The position numbers and the translations under genes are program-made. A model generated the notes under the pieces. It saw only the letters and a list, made by a program, of their open reading frames with translations. It did no database searches and was not told the origin of the DNA. Positions 25,770-38,549 of a stretch of 64,000 nucleotides of DNA are shown piece by piece. The stretch covers positions 1,314,753-1,378,752 of the forward strand of contig MU057560.1 of NCBI GenBank assembly GCA_013265495.1. The letters are read 5' to 3'. Source of the stretch: Vicugna vicugna. Its lineage: Eukaryota. Within the stretch, counting starts at the first letter, position 1, and each line of letters starts with the position of its first letter.

Positions 25770-27260
25770 TTTGTTTAATGACTGGATCAAAGAAGAAATC
25801 AAAAGAAGAGAATGGTTAGAAAATGATAAACATTGAATGAAAAAGTGAACTGAGTGTAAGGCTTAAAATACTTTGTATATAAAACCAAATAGATACTGAA
25901 AATACTAAGCAGCCAGCCCGAAAGTGAGACAAAACAAAAGCCAAAACGAGCAGGAGTGGCTAAGCTCGCCCTGGGAGCTGGTGACTCCGTGTCTCCGGTT
26001 CTCCCCCAGGCCCCCAGGACGCCTTGTGGCACTCAGAAGTCGGGTGTGGCTGTTGTCTTTCTGTGGCCGAACGATGTGCGTTTTGCACGATCAAGGCTCT
26101 AAAGGCAGGACACCGCCCGGCACTCTGCCTCTTCCTCGTGCGGGGGAGACCGCGGGGGGCCAAGCTGCCTCCTGGAGTCGGGACGACTCGGAGAAGGGCT
26201 CCTCCGCCCTGCCGTGGGCGGGAAGCGTGAGCCAGACGCCGCTCGGATGCCTTAAGCCGCTGAGATTCTGTGTTGCTTATTACCTCAGAGTCCCTGTCCC
26301 GATGGACACGCCGTCCAGATGCACTCAAATACTGCACAGCCCTAAACATAACGGCAGGAGTTAACAAAGCAGAAGAAGGTGGGCAAACTAAAGACCTCTG
26401 ATAAGTTTCTGACTTACTAACTTTTTTTAAAAGTTGAGAAAGAGTACACAAATAAGAAATGTTAGCAACAAGTGAGGGGTAAACTCCAATTCTACAGGAA
26501 AAACATTTTTAAGAAAGTTTTATGAATGTTTTATATTACATAAAATTCTATGTTGACAAGATTGAAAATACACTGAAAGTGTTTTTAGGATGGCATAAAT
26601 AATGAAAAACAATTCTATAAAAATTAGTTGGTCCATATGTTTTAAGAACTCTATACAGTTTTCAAGGAATGCATCCTTTCTAAAACATTTCATGTTTCAC
26701 CGCAGAGAAAAAGAGCAATATTTTAAAAAGACCAATATAACCCAGGCATTTATACCTGCATGAATGCAAACACACACACACATTGCTTCAAGGCCACAGG
26801 AATGCTCCAGTACTTGCAGAAATCCTAATGCATCTCTCCTAACTGATGTGTATGATCCACCTAAGTAATAGATAGAAGAGAAGATGCATTCACTCTTTTT
26901 GAGGGGAAATAAAATTAATTTTTAAATGGAAAATATTTTACTGACTAAAGGTGATGTCAGTAGTTTTGATACAGAAGAGAAATACCTTACTCTAAGTGGA
27001 ATCTATCTCAAACGGGAGTATCCTAGTTAATGCAAAACACAGGGGAATTCATATCAAAATGGGGCACAAAGCAATCATCCCCATTAACACATTACAGTTC
27101 AGCGTTGCTCTTGGACTTCCGGCCAATGCATTAGGGCAAGAAGTACAAATACGCAGCGTAAACAAGGGAAGAAGACCGTTACACTCAGAAGATGTGAGAG
27201 TCTAAACAGGAAGTTCAGTAGCATCAAATGAGGAATTGTTCAGGTTTTTAAAGATCAATA
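25770..27260 (+). mobile_element. Old L1 (L1M-type) ORF2 remnant, interrupted by an LTR
   Basis: 'tggatcaaagaagaaatcaaaaga' (WIKEEIKR) and 'ccaatgcattagggcaagaa' (ANALGQE, compare L1 RT-region ARAIRQE). Confidence 0.65.
25950..26295 (+). mobile_element. MLT1-type LTR, unusually CpG-rich
   Basis: The 3' end 'ttaagccgctgagattctgtgttgcttattacc' matches the MLT1 terminus TTAAGCCACTGAGATTT...GTTGTTTGTTAC; the element sits inside the old L1. Confidence 0.6.
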
Positions 27261-30200
27261 AAATGGAAACAGTGACACCCACATTTTATCTTTTAAAGTT
27301 TAGACATATTACAGGTATAGCTTCCAGTGCAGGAAATCACACTGTGTTTGCTTCCCCTGAACGTAAGCTGATAACAGCAACCCAGAAGGCATGTTTCTTA
27401 ATTTCATTCTCTGATAAAAATAATAAAAATATCATTTAAGGAAAATATTAGAATTTTGCTATTTCTGCTGTTACCAAGAGTGAGCTCTTAATAAGAGCTC
27501 AGTCCTAGCTCTAAAACCCTGGCCGCCACGATTTATCCCCAGATGTATTTCTTCTGCTCAAGACTTAAAGATTTGTCTGAAAATTGCAGTCTCTGATTAA
27601 AGTATTTTGTAAGAGTTAGTGACACCCTCTCCACACACGTGAACTAAAGTTGTTTTCAAACCCACAGGAGATGAAAGCTGAGTCCTTTGCTGTTTTAGAG
27701 CATGTCCCTACCAGCCTGTCTGACACCCAGCATTTTTCCGCTCTCGTAATTGAGCAGTAACCCGCTCACCTCCACCACCACCGCTTCCCAACTTCAAGGA
27801 CTGTTGCTTTTGTCTAAGGTGGAGCCATAAACCTGGACGGCCCAGCAAGACTGAGCATCACACACTGTATTTCTGTTGCCAGAGCTGAGTCTGAGCGCAG
27901 AGTCGATAGATATTTCTGACTGTATGAAACCCTTTATCACATTTATTTCTGCTAAGCTGTTGGGTGTTGTCACCGACACTACAAATATTCCTTCAAAGTG
28001 CTGATTAGAAAAACTCTTCAAGAGATCAGGTTCAAAAAGAACTGCACTTCTGAGTGGCTTGTTTGCTCCGATCGTTCGGAGAGTTAATTAGTGTAATTGT
28101 CACGTTTTATCTTTGCTGTGGCTGCTGGGGAACTTGTACTCCATCTGGTACAAAATGCTGTGCTCCGTGTTTCTCTGCAGGACTTACCCTGGCTGCTCAG
28201 GTTACTCATACCTAATTCCACCTTCATTTCGTTATTGTTTTTATTCAACTGCTGCACAGGTATGCTGCCTAACTGACTTTTACAATCAACTAAGCAATGT
28301 GTGTGTACAAACTCTGCTTAGCTTTCCCAAGTTTGCGTGGCACATTATTCCTTTCTCCCCACTCTCTCCCCTCCTCATTCTCAAGAATTCATATCTGTCA
28401 TTTGCCTGTCTCTATCATTCCCCAAGTCAGAACAGTTTTGATCAAAGGAACAAGCCTTATCTAAGCTATAAAACGGTTTCCCTCCATGAAGATGGTGCTT
28501 ACTTTTCCTGTTGTGGGTTTGGGGCCGTTTTACCCATATACAGTCACAAGAAGAAGAAAATGGAAGAGGATACTTTTATAAAGAACAAACGCAGACCGGT
28601 CCTTTGGGACGTCCGAGTGCCCGTAAGAGCTTGTGAACTGCTAATTGCTTTAAATACCAGTCTTGAAAGTGGTCCAGAGGACAGTGCGTCTGTGCAGTAT
28701 CTTATTAGCTGAATCAACGTCTGTTCTTTAAAAACTGGCAAGAACGTGAAGACCTTGAAGCTTCTTTCACTACAAGGAAACCAAAGTGGAATATTAAATA
28801 TTTTAAAAGTAGGTCAGACTTAATAAATGCATTTTCAAGTAATCCAGCCTTTAAATTAAGCCACAGTATGGAAGGGATGGATCTGAAATGACTTGCCAGC
28901 AGCCACACCAGTCCACGCCGGTGCTCCTATTATGTCAAAAGTCTATTTACACAGAAATAGCACAATGAAACTTTACATCCAAAAAGCCACAATAAGGACT
29001 CAGAAAATTAAACGCTTAACTCTCAGCAGAGGCAAATGCGCAGGGAGGGCGGGGGTTACGCCAGGCCTGGTGTCAGGAAGTCTGGGAAGCAGTTACAGAC
29101 GAAGGAGGTTGCAACCAGCACACCCACTGCCACTGAGCTGTCAGAACTCCCGTCCTGCTTCCACCACAGAACGACAGGATTTCCCCACTGTGCTGAGAAC
29201 GATGCTTTCCCGTCACTGCCAGCAGGCTCTGGGAAGGGGGTGGCTTTAATGAAATGCACCCCGGGCTCTGCAGTCTCCCAGCGCCCTGGGTCGGTGGATG
29301 TATGTTGTAGCCTTTCCTCTGTCGCTGTTTCTGGGATGGTGTTGCTGGCTCCGCTCCACGCAGACCGTCTTCCGGGGAAGATGGGCGGGCTGGGACTGTC
29401 AGCATCTGTCTCTATTTGAGGCAGAGACCAGACGGCTTGGCTGATACTTGTCTCTTGAATAAAGCAGTCACAAGTGAGGCACAGATCACGCCTCTATTTC
29501 GACTATCAAACTGCTCCCCGCGCTCCCTGCCAGGCTGCCTGCCGTGTGGCCGGGCCGTCCACATCGAGCCCTGCCGCGCTCAGCGGCTTTACCTTTGACC
29601 AGCACAGGTCCCTGCTAGACGCACCAGGCTCACCTGGTGAGAGACAGTTCTAGAGGTCAGCCAGCATAGACGCTTCTGGGTTCTGGGGGCACGTTAGAAC
29701 CGTGAGGGAGTCACTCTAATCCTGGCTTAGAAATAACCACGATGAGCCCTCATCCCAGACCAACCGAACCAGACCTTTACCTTGGGAACCAGGCATCCTG
29801 TGGTGAAAGGCATCCCAGACGACCCTAATGCTTAAGCCCGGGGGAGGGCTTCCCAAGCGCTGCCCCCGCCAGGCATCGGATCGGCGGAAGCGGCCCGGAC
29901 CCGCACCTGTCTACTCTGTAAGGACTGTTTCACGTCACGCCCTGCCACGGCGGCAGCCAGCCTGCCTAGCATTTCAACTTCAGAAAACTCTTAATTTTTC
30001 TAAAGCAACTCCTTATGGTAAAAAAGGTTTTCCCCTGTAACCTTTCGCCCTTAGAACCACAGAGAATACATTCCACCCCTTTCTGTGTTTGAAGACAGTC
30101 GTCACAGTGACAGCCCCATCGTGTTTCTGTCCACAGGAACCTCAGTTTTCTGCTGCTAGCTCCGGGCTGTGTGTCCGCAGGTACACACGCTTCCTGAGAC

Positions 30201-31489
30201 AAACACGTAAGGCTGGGACAGCGCCCTCGGTTCCCTTTGAGAACAGCGTCTCAGAAGGGCGCTGGTGGATACGAGAGAGAAGCCTTAGGGACGCCATCAA
30301 AAGCAATCAGGTCAGCCGTCCACAGAAGTCTTCCCACGGAGCACGGCTTCCACTGAGTTCTCGTGTCTGAGTTAGGACGCTGGGAGCTTCGTGGCCCTGA
30401 ACGTGGATACATTTGTTTCTCTTCCAAGTTAATCATCCCGGCTGTTCTCAAAGTTGTGTCAGCTACACGACCTTGAAGATCCACGACCTTTCCCTTTGTT
30501 CCTGTGCTCTTTTCAGCTAAAATGTATTACAATTTTTAAATCAATAATGTCCAGTCTTGGCGTCCACCAGTCTTCCCACATTTTTAAATTTGACTTTAAA
30601 ATGTTAGAGACGTTATTTTCTAAAAGCTTAACTGTGAGGAAATTGCAATAAGATATAAAGGAAAGAAAAAAGTTCTCAATTTTTATTCCAATGTATCTTT
30701 TCTTTGCCTGTGTGATAACAGGAATATTATGTGATTTGAAGACAAACGTTGCCTCGTGTTTGGGGGTTAAACACTCTGAGTCTCAGGTCACCTCATCAAA
30801 CCCTAAATACACGTCTCTACGTTGCTATGACCATTGCATAGCTATGAATGCAAAGCTTGAGAGAAGATAAAAATTTAAGCAACCCAGTAAACTGTGGGTC
30901 TACATTGATTTCAATTATTTTAACTCCAAATCAATAAACCTTTCCATATTTTCACATCAGCCAAAGGAAAGGTGTGTATCTCTGACAACAGAGCTATCAT
31001 TCTCTCCTTTCAAACCCCAACTGTCTCCCACACGTTCATTCAAAGAATTTGAGAAACGTAGTGAACTACCACATCGCCGTGGTGGGAGCAGGGAAGGATA
31101 TGTACACGAAACGTGTCTTCACTCAACTCCACAAAAGCTGGCGCTACAGCAGCCCCTTTGTGTATTTTGTTTCCTATCTATACACGCACCTTCAGTTTCC
31201 CCTGCCAGGTCTCTGATACAGAGAAAAGAGTCCACGTGTCTTTACTTGTAAGTTATGTATTTGTGCATGTTCTCCTCAGTACAGAACCTGAAATTAGATT
31301 GCAGAGGAGCAAATGGTCTCCAGAATGAAGGAGGCAGTGTCCCCCCACAAAGGGCCTTCTGGAAGAGGCAGCCTCTGCTCCCGCCTTTGCCACCTGCCTC
31401 TCTGTTTCGACTTAGAATTTCCCTTCCTTAACACCTTTAAACTGAGGTGAGCTTTTCTGCATCTTTCATTAGATTCGACATCCCAGCCC

Positions 31490-31617
31490 TCGGGGGATCT
31501 ACTTGTTCACTGTGTTTACCTGTGTGTCCCCGGAGTCCAGCCCTGTGCCCCGCCGTCACGGACACTCGGTAACCATCCATAACATGAATGAATGAAGGAA
31601 CTAACGAATGAATGAAA
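31490..31617 (+). mobile_element. LINE-2 3' terminus
   Basis: 'tgtgtgtccccggagtccagccctgtgcc...cactcggtaa...tgaatgaatgaa', with the (TGAA)n L2 tail. Confidence 0.7.
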
Positions 31618-31779
31618 GTGCACACGGGGGCATGTTGTGGGTGAGAGCCTCGGGGCCTGGGCACAGAGCCCTGCTCACCTTTAGCTCCTTGGCAGCAAGA
31701 GTCCGAGCATAAAACCCGAGAGGACTCCGATGAGGGAGAAGATACACTCAGAAGACAGGCACGCTTGCTGAGCCTGCAA

Positions 31780-32600
31780 GTTACGCCGGCCAAGCTCAGG
31801 CCGAAACGACAGAGCTATGCTCATCATGAGACGCGCACCCTCGCTCGCAGCCCCGCAGCTGCCGCGCGTCCCCGCGGCAGGCGCCCTGCGCCGCTCCGGG
31901 TCCCCGAGGCTCCCAGCGGCGGGCAGCGTTCCTGCCGCACATCCGCAGCGCTAGAGCCCTTTCCAGGAAGGGAGCGAGGGACGCTCCTCCTCACAGCTCC
32001 ACACACCAGGCGGCTGGGTGCCGGAGCCAGGGCGCTGCGGCTCGCGAAGCTGAGATCTGAAAGCAAGCAAGCAAAACATGTTGACTTCTGAAAAAAAAAT
32101 ACATATACACCTATTGAACAAAGATTGTTGAAAACAGACTGAAGGAAGATGAAACAAACAGTGGTGACGTGTGAACCCAGAGGAAGACAGGGGCCTTTAG
32201 CCCAACAAAGACGCCATTGCCTGGGTGAGGCCGCGGCGAGCTGAAGGGCTGTCCCTCTGCCCGGAGGGGAAGGGCAGAGGCCCTCCGAGGGCATCCAGCG
32301 ACCAGCGCAAGTGATTCTGTCCTGGTGACGCGGCTCTGAGAACCGGCAGTGTGAGAGGGGGTGTCCGGGGCGCTGCGCGTGTGTAGGTACGCGCGTGCGT
32401 GGGCTTGGGGATGGCCCCGAAGTCGCACACTGTCCCTGCCAGGGCAGCAGCGGCTCTGACGCTGCGGGGCCAGGCCGGGCGAGGTGGCTTGCAGAGCTGA
32501 GACCAAGGCTGTCACTCAGGGAATCATCAGCGACGAAAGGGAGGCGGCGAAGCTTGCTGTGTTGTCATCGCGCTGCGAGGAGGTTGGCTGCCGACCAAAT
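31780..32600. promoter_or_regulatory. CpG island (orphan)
   Basis: Two CpG-dense blocks (31780-32050 and 32220-32600) separated by a short A-rich spacer. Confidence 0.7.
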
Positions 32601-33999
32601 GAGCTTGCCTGGGGAGTGTGAATCAAAATGACATGTAATCTGAATGTTAATGAAAATTTTCTCTTGCCTCAGGCATCAGATTTCATCCAGAAAGCTGTCA
32701 TCTGGAAGACGTTATCTTCTCTCTCTCTCTCGTTCTGATTTGAATTTTCAAGTTTACATACACCGTAAAACTAATTTTTACCCAGCAGTGCTTGGACAGC
32801 TGAGGTTTAGTAAATTATGCAGCTGAGTCAGGAGCGGGGGACCCTCCCTGAGGAAGAGAAAGATTTAAGAGATTTCGAGGTAGTAACATAGTTCTTTACC
32901 TGGATGTGTGTCTATGAAGTATGACAGCTCTAATCCCGAGTGAAAATACTTGTGAAAAATAGGTCCAATCATCACCGTTAGCAAGAGCGCATTTTTGTTT
33001 CCTCCTGCACGTTGTAATACACAATGAGCAGCATTTCGTGATGAGGTATTAGCAGCCCTGGTTTTAAAAGGGCTGACCGTGTGTAACCACCTATCAGTGT
33101 ATTTATTTACTGCAAAGGCCACTATCAAATTGCATAATGTCACGATAGTTTGTGGTTTGCTAAAAATTATTTTTAGAAATTGGATTTAAAAACTGCAGAA
33201 TCAGGTAACCAGAAATATGCGGGTAAAGGAGAATGGTAACGCAATTTATTCACACTCTGATCTGTTAGTGAAGATACATTGCAGTTAATACTCCTGAGAT
33301 GTTAAAAATATAAAAAGACATCTCCTTGATTAGCAATAGCCCTGCTCCGCTGGGCGTGGGGCGCGTGAGACAAGGCTCTGAGGAGTGAGTTAAAAATTGG
33401 GCAGACTGATCAACTGGGCGCCAGTCTACTTCCGCACCTTTGTCTGCTTCACTCATCCTTTCATGAACATAGCGACATTGGGACGGTAGGAAACTAACCC
33501 CAAAGTCCATCTAACACAGAGACCACCCGTGTGGTCTCTAAACCATAATCGAGCCAAAATTGTCTCCTGAGTCTTCACATCAAAAAATAATGAAGTTACG
33601 AAAAAGAAATGCCATGTTTTCTCATTCTGCCCAACATTAAGGAGCATTAGTGATATTTTTTAAACAGAGAGATCACTTGTCTGGAAGAAAAGAGACCTGT
33701 ATTCCAGTGCTAACTCCAAAACTATTATCTGGCTTCAGAAATTTTGAAAAACCACTTAGTTCCCACATTTAGAATAGAAAAGAATTATTTTAGATTTTTG
33801 AAATTCTAAAACATTAATGGAAAAATTTAAGACTCGTGAACTTACGTATTAATAATTATAATCATATTATCATTTTACCAGATGCCAAGGACTGTGCCAA
33901 ATACCTACTAAGCACTACAAATATTACATCAATAATAATGTAAAATATTAACAAAAATATCAAACTGTCTGTGACAGGTGGGAACCCCAACCTCTTAAA

Positions 34000-36335
34000 T
34001 TATTTTTATATTAACTTACATACGATAATGTCCACTTTTAAAAATATTTTTTGTGTTCACTTTCTGTGCTGTAAAATGCTATGTGTTTTGACAAGTGTGT
34101 AGTGCCATGAATCCACCAGTATGGAACTATACAGAGAGTTTCATCTCCCTAAAATTTCCTGGTGCTTCACAGCTTCATCTTTCTGCCCTCCCCTTGGGCA
34201 CCTGGCAGCCATGGTATTTTTAAGGTCTGTAGTTTTGCCTTTTCCAGAATGTCATATAGATTGCATCATAGAGTGCGTAGCCTCCCCCTATGGGCTTCTG
34301 TCACTTAAAAATGTGTATTTCAGATTCCTCTAAGTGTTTCTCTTGATAGCTTGTTTGATGCAAATAGCTAGTGCTCTGAATATTTTTGGTGCAATTCCCT
34401 TACCAAATGTGCATTTTGCAAATATTCTCTCACAGCCTGTGGTTTCTCTTTTTATTTTCTTCACAGTGTCTTTTGAGGAGCAGAAGTTTTTAATTTTAAT
34501 AAAGTCCAATTTATCAGCTTTTTCTTTTGTGGATCATGCTTTTGTTGCTGTAGCTTAAATTTATCACCAGACCCAAGATTTTCTCTTATGTTTTATTATA
34601 GAAGTTTTAGTTTTTCCACATCTATATTCAGGTGTCTGACTGAGTTAAAGATTTAAAGCTGAAAAACAAAATTAGAGAAAGCAACTCGGGGAAGAATTTG
34701 GCACGTAGAAAATGTTAGTAAGTGGTATCTATGAAATTATGAATATTATTAAAATGGCTTACTTTCATTACTTTCATTTCAAAATACATTAGCTACCATC
34801 TTTATACTCAAAGGACTGTGCGGAAATACGAGATGTATGCCGACAGGAAGGATCTTTTGTGCCTTCGTGAAATCCGGGAAGTAGACTGCCCAATTTTTAA
34901 TTCAGAATATCCCAGGTCCCTTAAATGAAGTGTAGGGTGTGAGAGACTAAAACAACCACGCTAGCGTTATTATCAAGATGCTTAACTGAGAGTACTTATG
35001 AATTGAAACAATGTGAATTTTTAAAATCTAACAAATGTATTGAATCTCCCTTTCTTTCAAACATTTAAAAAATAAACTGGTGCAAGTATTTTTCTTAAAA
35101 AAAAAGATTTAATGCTGAGTCTATTTTGGGGGGTGGGGTGGGAGCTCCGGCGCATCCATTTGTTCCAGGACCGTGCTTTGAAAAGACAGTCGTTACTTTA
35201 TTGAGCTGTCTTTGCTCCACTGTCCAAGATTGCTTGGCCATCTCGGTGTGCGTCTGCTCGCCCGCCCTCCTCTGCTCTAATCATCAGCGATTCTCTTCCT
35301 TTCCTTTCTTTTCTTTCTCCAACACTGAGCTGTCTTGACCATTGTACACTAGTAAGTCTTGAGGTCTGGTAGCGACAATTCTCTAATATTTCTCTTTCTT
35401 GGCATTGCGTTGGCTATTCTGTGTCTTTAACCTTTTCATACCAACTTTGGAGTGAGTCGGCCGGTGCTCACAGAACAGCTGGCTGGAATTTTGATTGGAA
35501 TTACACTACATCTACAGGTCAAGTTGGAAAGAATGGACATCTCGACGACACTGAGGCTTCCAATCCGTAAACGGTCTCTCAGTTTATTTAGAGCTTCTTT
35601 GATTTCTAGTGTCAGAATCGTGTCGTCTTCACAAAGATTTTGCATGCATTTTATTAGATTTATACCTAAGTACTTCATTTTCTTTCGTGCTGTTGTAAAT
35701 GGTACTGTGTTTTCAGTTTCAAATCCTGGTTTTCCTTTGCTGGCACATAGAAAGGCTATTGACCTTTGTGTATGAACTTGGTATCCTGAGAACTTGCTGT
35801 ATTTGCTTATTAGTTTTAGAGTTCTTTTGTTGATTCTTTGGGATTTTCTCGGTACAGAATCATCTCATCTGCTAACAAAGACGATTTTCTTTCTAACTTC
35901 CCAATCCGAGCATCTTTTATTTCCTTTTATTACCTGGCTACACTACCTAGGACTTCCCATGTGGTGCTGAGCAGGACTGTGAGGAAGGACATCCTTGTCC
36001 TGTTTTTGACACTGAGGAGAGATCTAGTTTCTCAACATTTAGTGATGACGTTATCTATAAGCTGTTTTTGTGGATCTTTTTTTAAAACACATTCTCCTGT
36101 ATTCCTAGTTTTCTGTTTTTGTATGAATGAGTTTTGTCAAATGCATGCTCTGCAGTAACTGATATTATGTAGCTTTTCTTCTCTAGCTTGTAGACAGGGC
36201 AGATTGCACTAATTGGCTCTCCACCTCCTTAGCGTGGCATTGGCTTTTCTGTGTCTTTAGCCTTTTCATACCAACTTTAGAACCAGTATGTCAGTATTTA
36301 TAAAATAGCTTGCTGGGATTTTGCTTGGCTTTGAT
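34000..36335 (-). mobile_element. Old L1 (L1M-type): 3' UTR and ORF2 remnants
   Basis: 'gttttgccttttccagaatgtcatata', 'gagcagaagtttttaattttaataaagtccaattt'; the minus ORF 35436-35678 MKYLGINL...IPIKIP is L1 ORF2. Confidence 0.88.
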
Positions 36336-37654
36336 TTAGGTTTCTTCCTTTCCCCACACACCCATGTGGTTAGAGCGAGGCTGATCTCACCCCTGCTCCA
36401 GAGTCTAAGGGTAATTTCATCCTTTTGTACAAGATAACCACATAGCCCACATCAGGCCAAGGAGATGAGGGAAGTTGGCTAGTGGAGATCCAGAAACAGT
36501 TTATTTTCTCCTAAAAAGACAGACAGAATGAAATGCTTTATCTTTTCGTCTTCTATACTTTATCATATTTGGATGTGCTTGAATATTGTGTCTCTTATTA
36601 ACAGTCTGAAAATGAAGCCAACACTCTTCTAGGAGAAAGTTTGAAAGAGTGCAGGTCCTTGATGGGGTCCCTGGGCAGCAGCGTCTCTCAGCACTGGCAC
36701 ATGCAATAAGAGATTTTCAAATCATTTAAGACAAGTTGAGTAGAGTTCTTCTTTCAGCCAAAAGCCTCTTCACCAATGAACTACCTTATTCCCAAGCCCC
36801 TCTATCATCTTACGTGTGCCTCCTTCTCAGCTGTCATGGGCTGCACGTCGTCTTCCCTCTAGACGCCAAGCCTCTCTGAGAGCCAAGAGGACATAGTGTA
36901 TCTAATCTCCCCAGAGCCAGGGCCCGATACAGAAGTCATGGCGAGTGAATGACTGGTCACATCTCAGTCTCCCAGAAGTTTGTAAGATTTCTCTCAATGC
37001 TATTATATTTATAATATTTATTGAAACTTCCACTGTATGCCAACCACGTACATCCTCTCATATAATCTTCCCAACAACTCTTTGGAACAGATATGATTAC
37101 AGTATGACATTCATTTTATAGTAGAAAAACTGACAGTTGGGAAAGTTCAGGCATCTGACAAATCTTTATAAGTACATTTTTATTTTCATTTAGCTCAGAT
37201 TTTTCAAAAATTTCCCTGGAGACTTTTTGACCCAAGTGCTATTATAAAAGCACTTTGACCTCCTGGTATTTGGGATTTTCCAGTATCTTTCATTACTAAT
37301 TTCCATATTAATTCCAAAATGTTATTTTTCTGTGTGATTTCTACTATTTTACATGTATTTAAGTGTGCTTAGGGCCCGCTGTTGGTCTTCCCTGGTGACT
37401 ATGCCATTGAGAGCTGGAGCAGGTTGCGTATTCTGCTGTTCGTGGATGAAGTGGTCTGTGTGTGTCAATTAGATCAAGTTGATTAATGATGCTGTTTAGT
37501 TCAACTAAATCCATATGGATTTTCTGCCTAGTGCTTGTATCAATTACAGAAAAAGGGAATGGAAGTCTCTAAATTCCTTAGCGGATTTGTCTATTTTTCT
37601 TGTAGATCTGTTTTTGTCTCACATATCTTGATTCTCTGCTCTTAAGTCCATACC

Positions 37655-38176
37655 TTTTTTTTTTTTCAGCTTTAGTAATAAAAGTTTATGGAGACTTCCC
37701 CTGGTGGTGTTTTTGCCTCCCATCTGTGAGGGAGGAACCAACACTAGGAAATCACTGAGAAATCACACACCACCCCAACGCAGGGAGGAAAATCGTTCCC
37801 CTGGAAATGGCCAGTCTTTGTTCATCCAAGAGGACAGATGCAGACGGGACCATCACATGACACTGGGGGTGGGGTGGAGGTGTGCTCCTCAAAAACCAGG
37901 GAAGGAAAGAGCCCCTCTTTTCCTTGGGGGTGGAGCTCTTGGTCACCAGGCTCATTTCTTACCCTTGAGGGTAAGCTGGTGAGCTGTCACCTCCCTAGGG
38001 GAAACTTTAAGCACAAGGTTGTTAGCAGTGAGACAGCTATGATTCTGTGATGTGGTGATCATCTTGGAAATGTTCTTGGCTGCCCAGATCTTCCACAGCT
38101 TGATGAAGCCAGGGTTCTTCCTCAGAGCTTCCCCGAGTATCCTGGCAGCCTCAGCGTCACCCTCATCCTGGACAGT
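37655..38176 (-). pseudogene. PHB2: Processed pseudogene of prohibitin-2, 5'-truncated (last ~74 codons, putative 3' UTR, poly-A)
   Basis: Minus strand 38176-37952 reads [74 protein letters not shown], matching the PHB2 C-terminus [56 protein letters not shown]...LIKGKK*. No introns; poly-A remnant is T12 at 37655-37666. Confidence 0.95.
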
Positions 38177-38549
38177 CTAAGGACTGATGTGTCTTGGGGA
38201 ATTGACCCCTTTCTTTATCCCTGTAGTGTTCCTTGTTATGAAATCTATTTTGACTGGAACTAGTTGAGCCACTCCAATTTTCTTTTAATTAGGTTTTCCA
38301 TGATCTATCTTTTCCTCTCTCTTTCCTTTTTCCTATCCATATCTTTATATTTGCAGCGGGTTTCTCAGAGACACATATAGTTGGATCTAGCATTTTTATT
38401 CACCCTAACAATTACTATTTCTTTTAATTGATGTGTTTAGATTATTCAATTTAAAGTGATAATTGATGTAGTTAGCTTAATACCTATGATTTTGCCATTG
38501 TTTTATATCTGTTGCATGCTTGTACCTGGTTTCCTTTTTTTAAATCTTC

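Noticed and set aside
28113..28712. 199-aa plus ORF
   Set aside because: TTG start, no recognisable domain, and a composition rich in C/F/S/Y/L that fits random AT-rich sequence.
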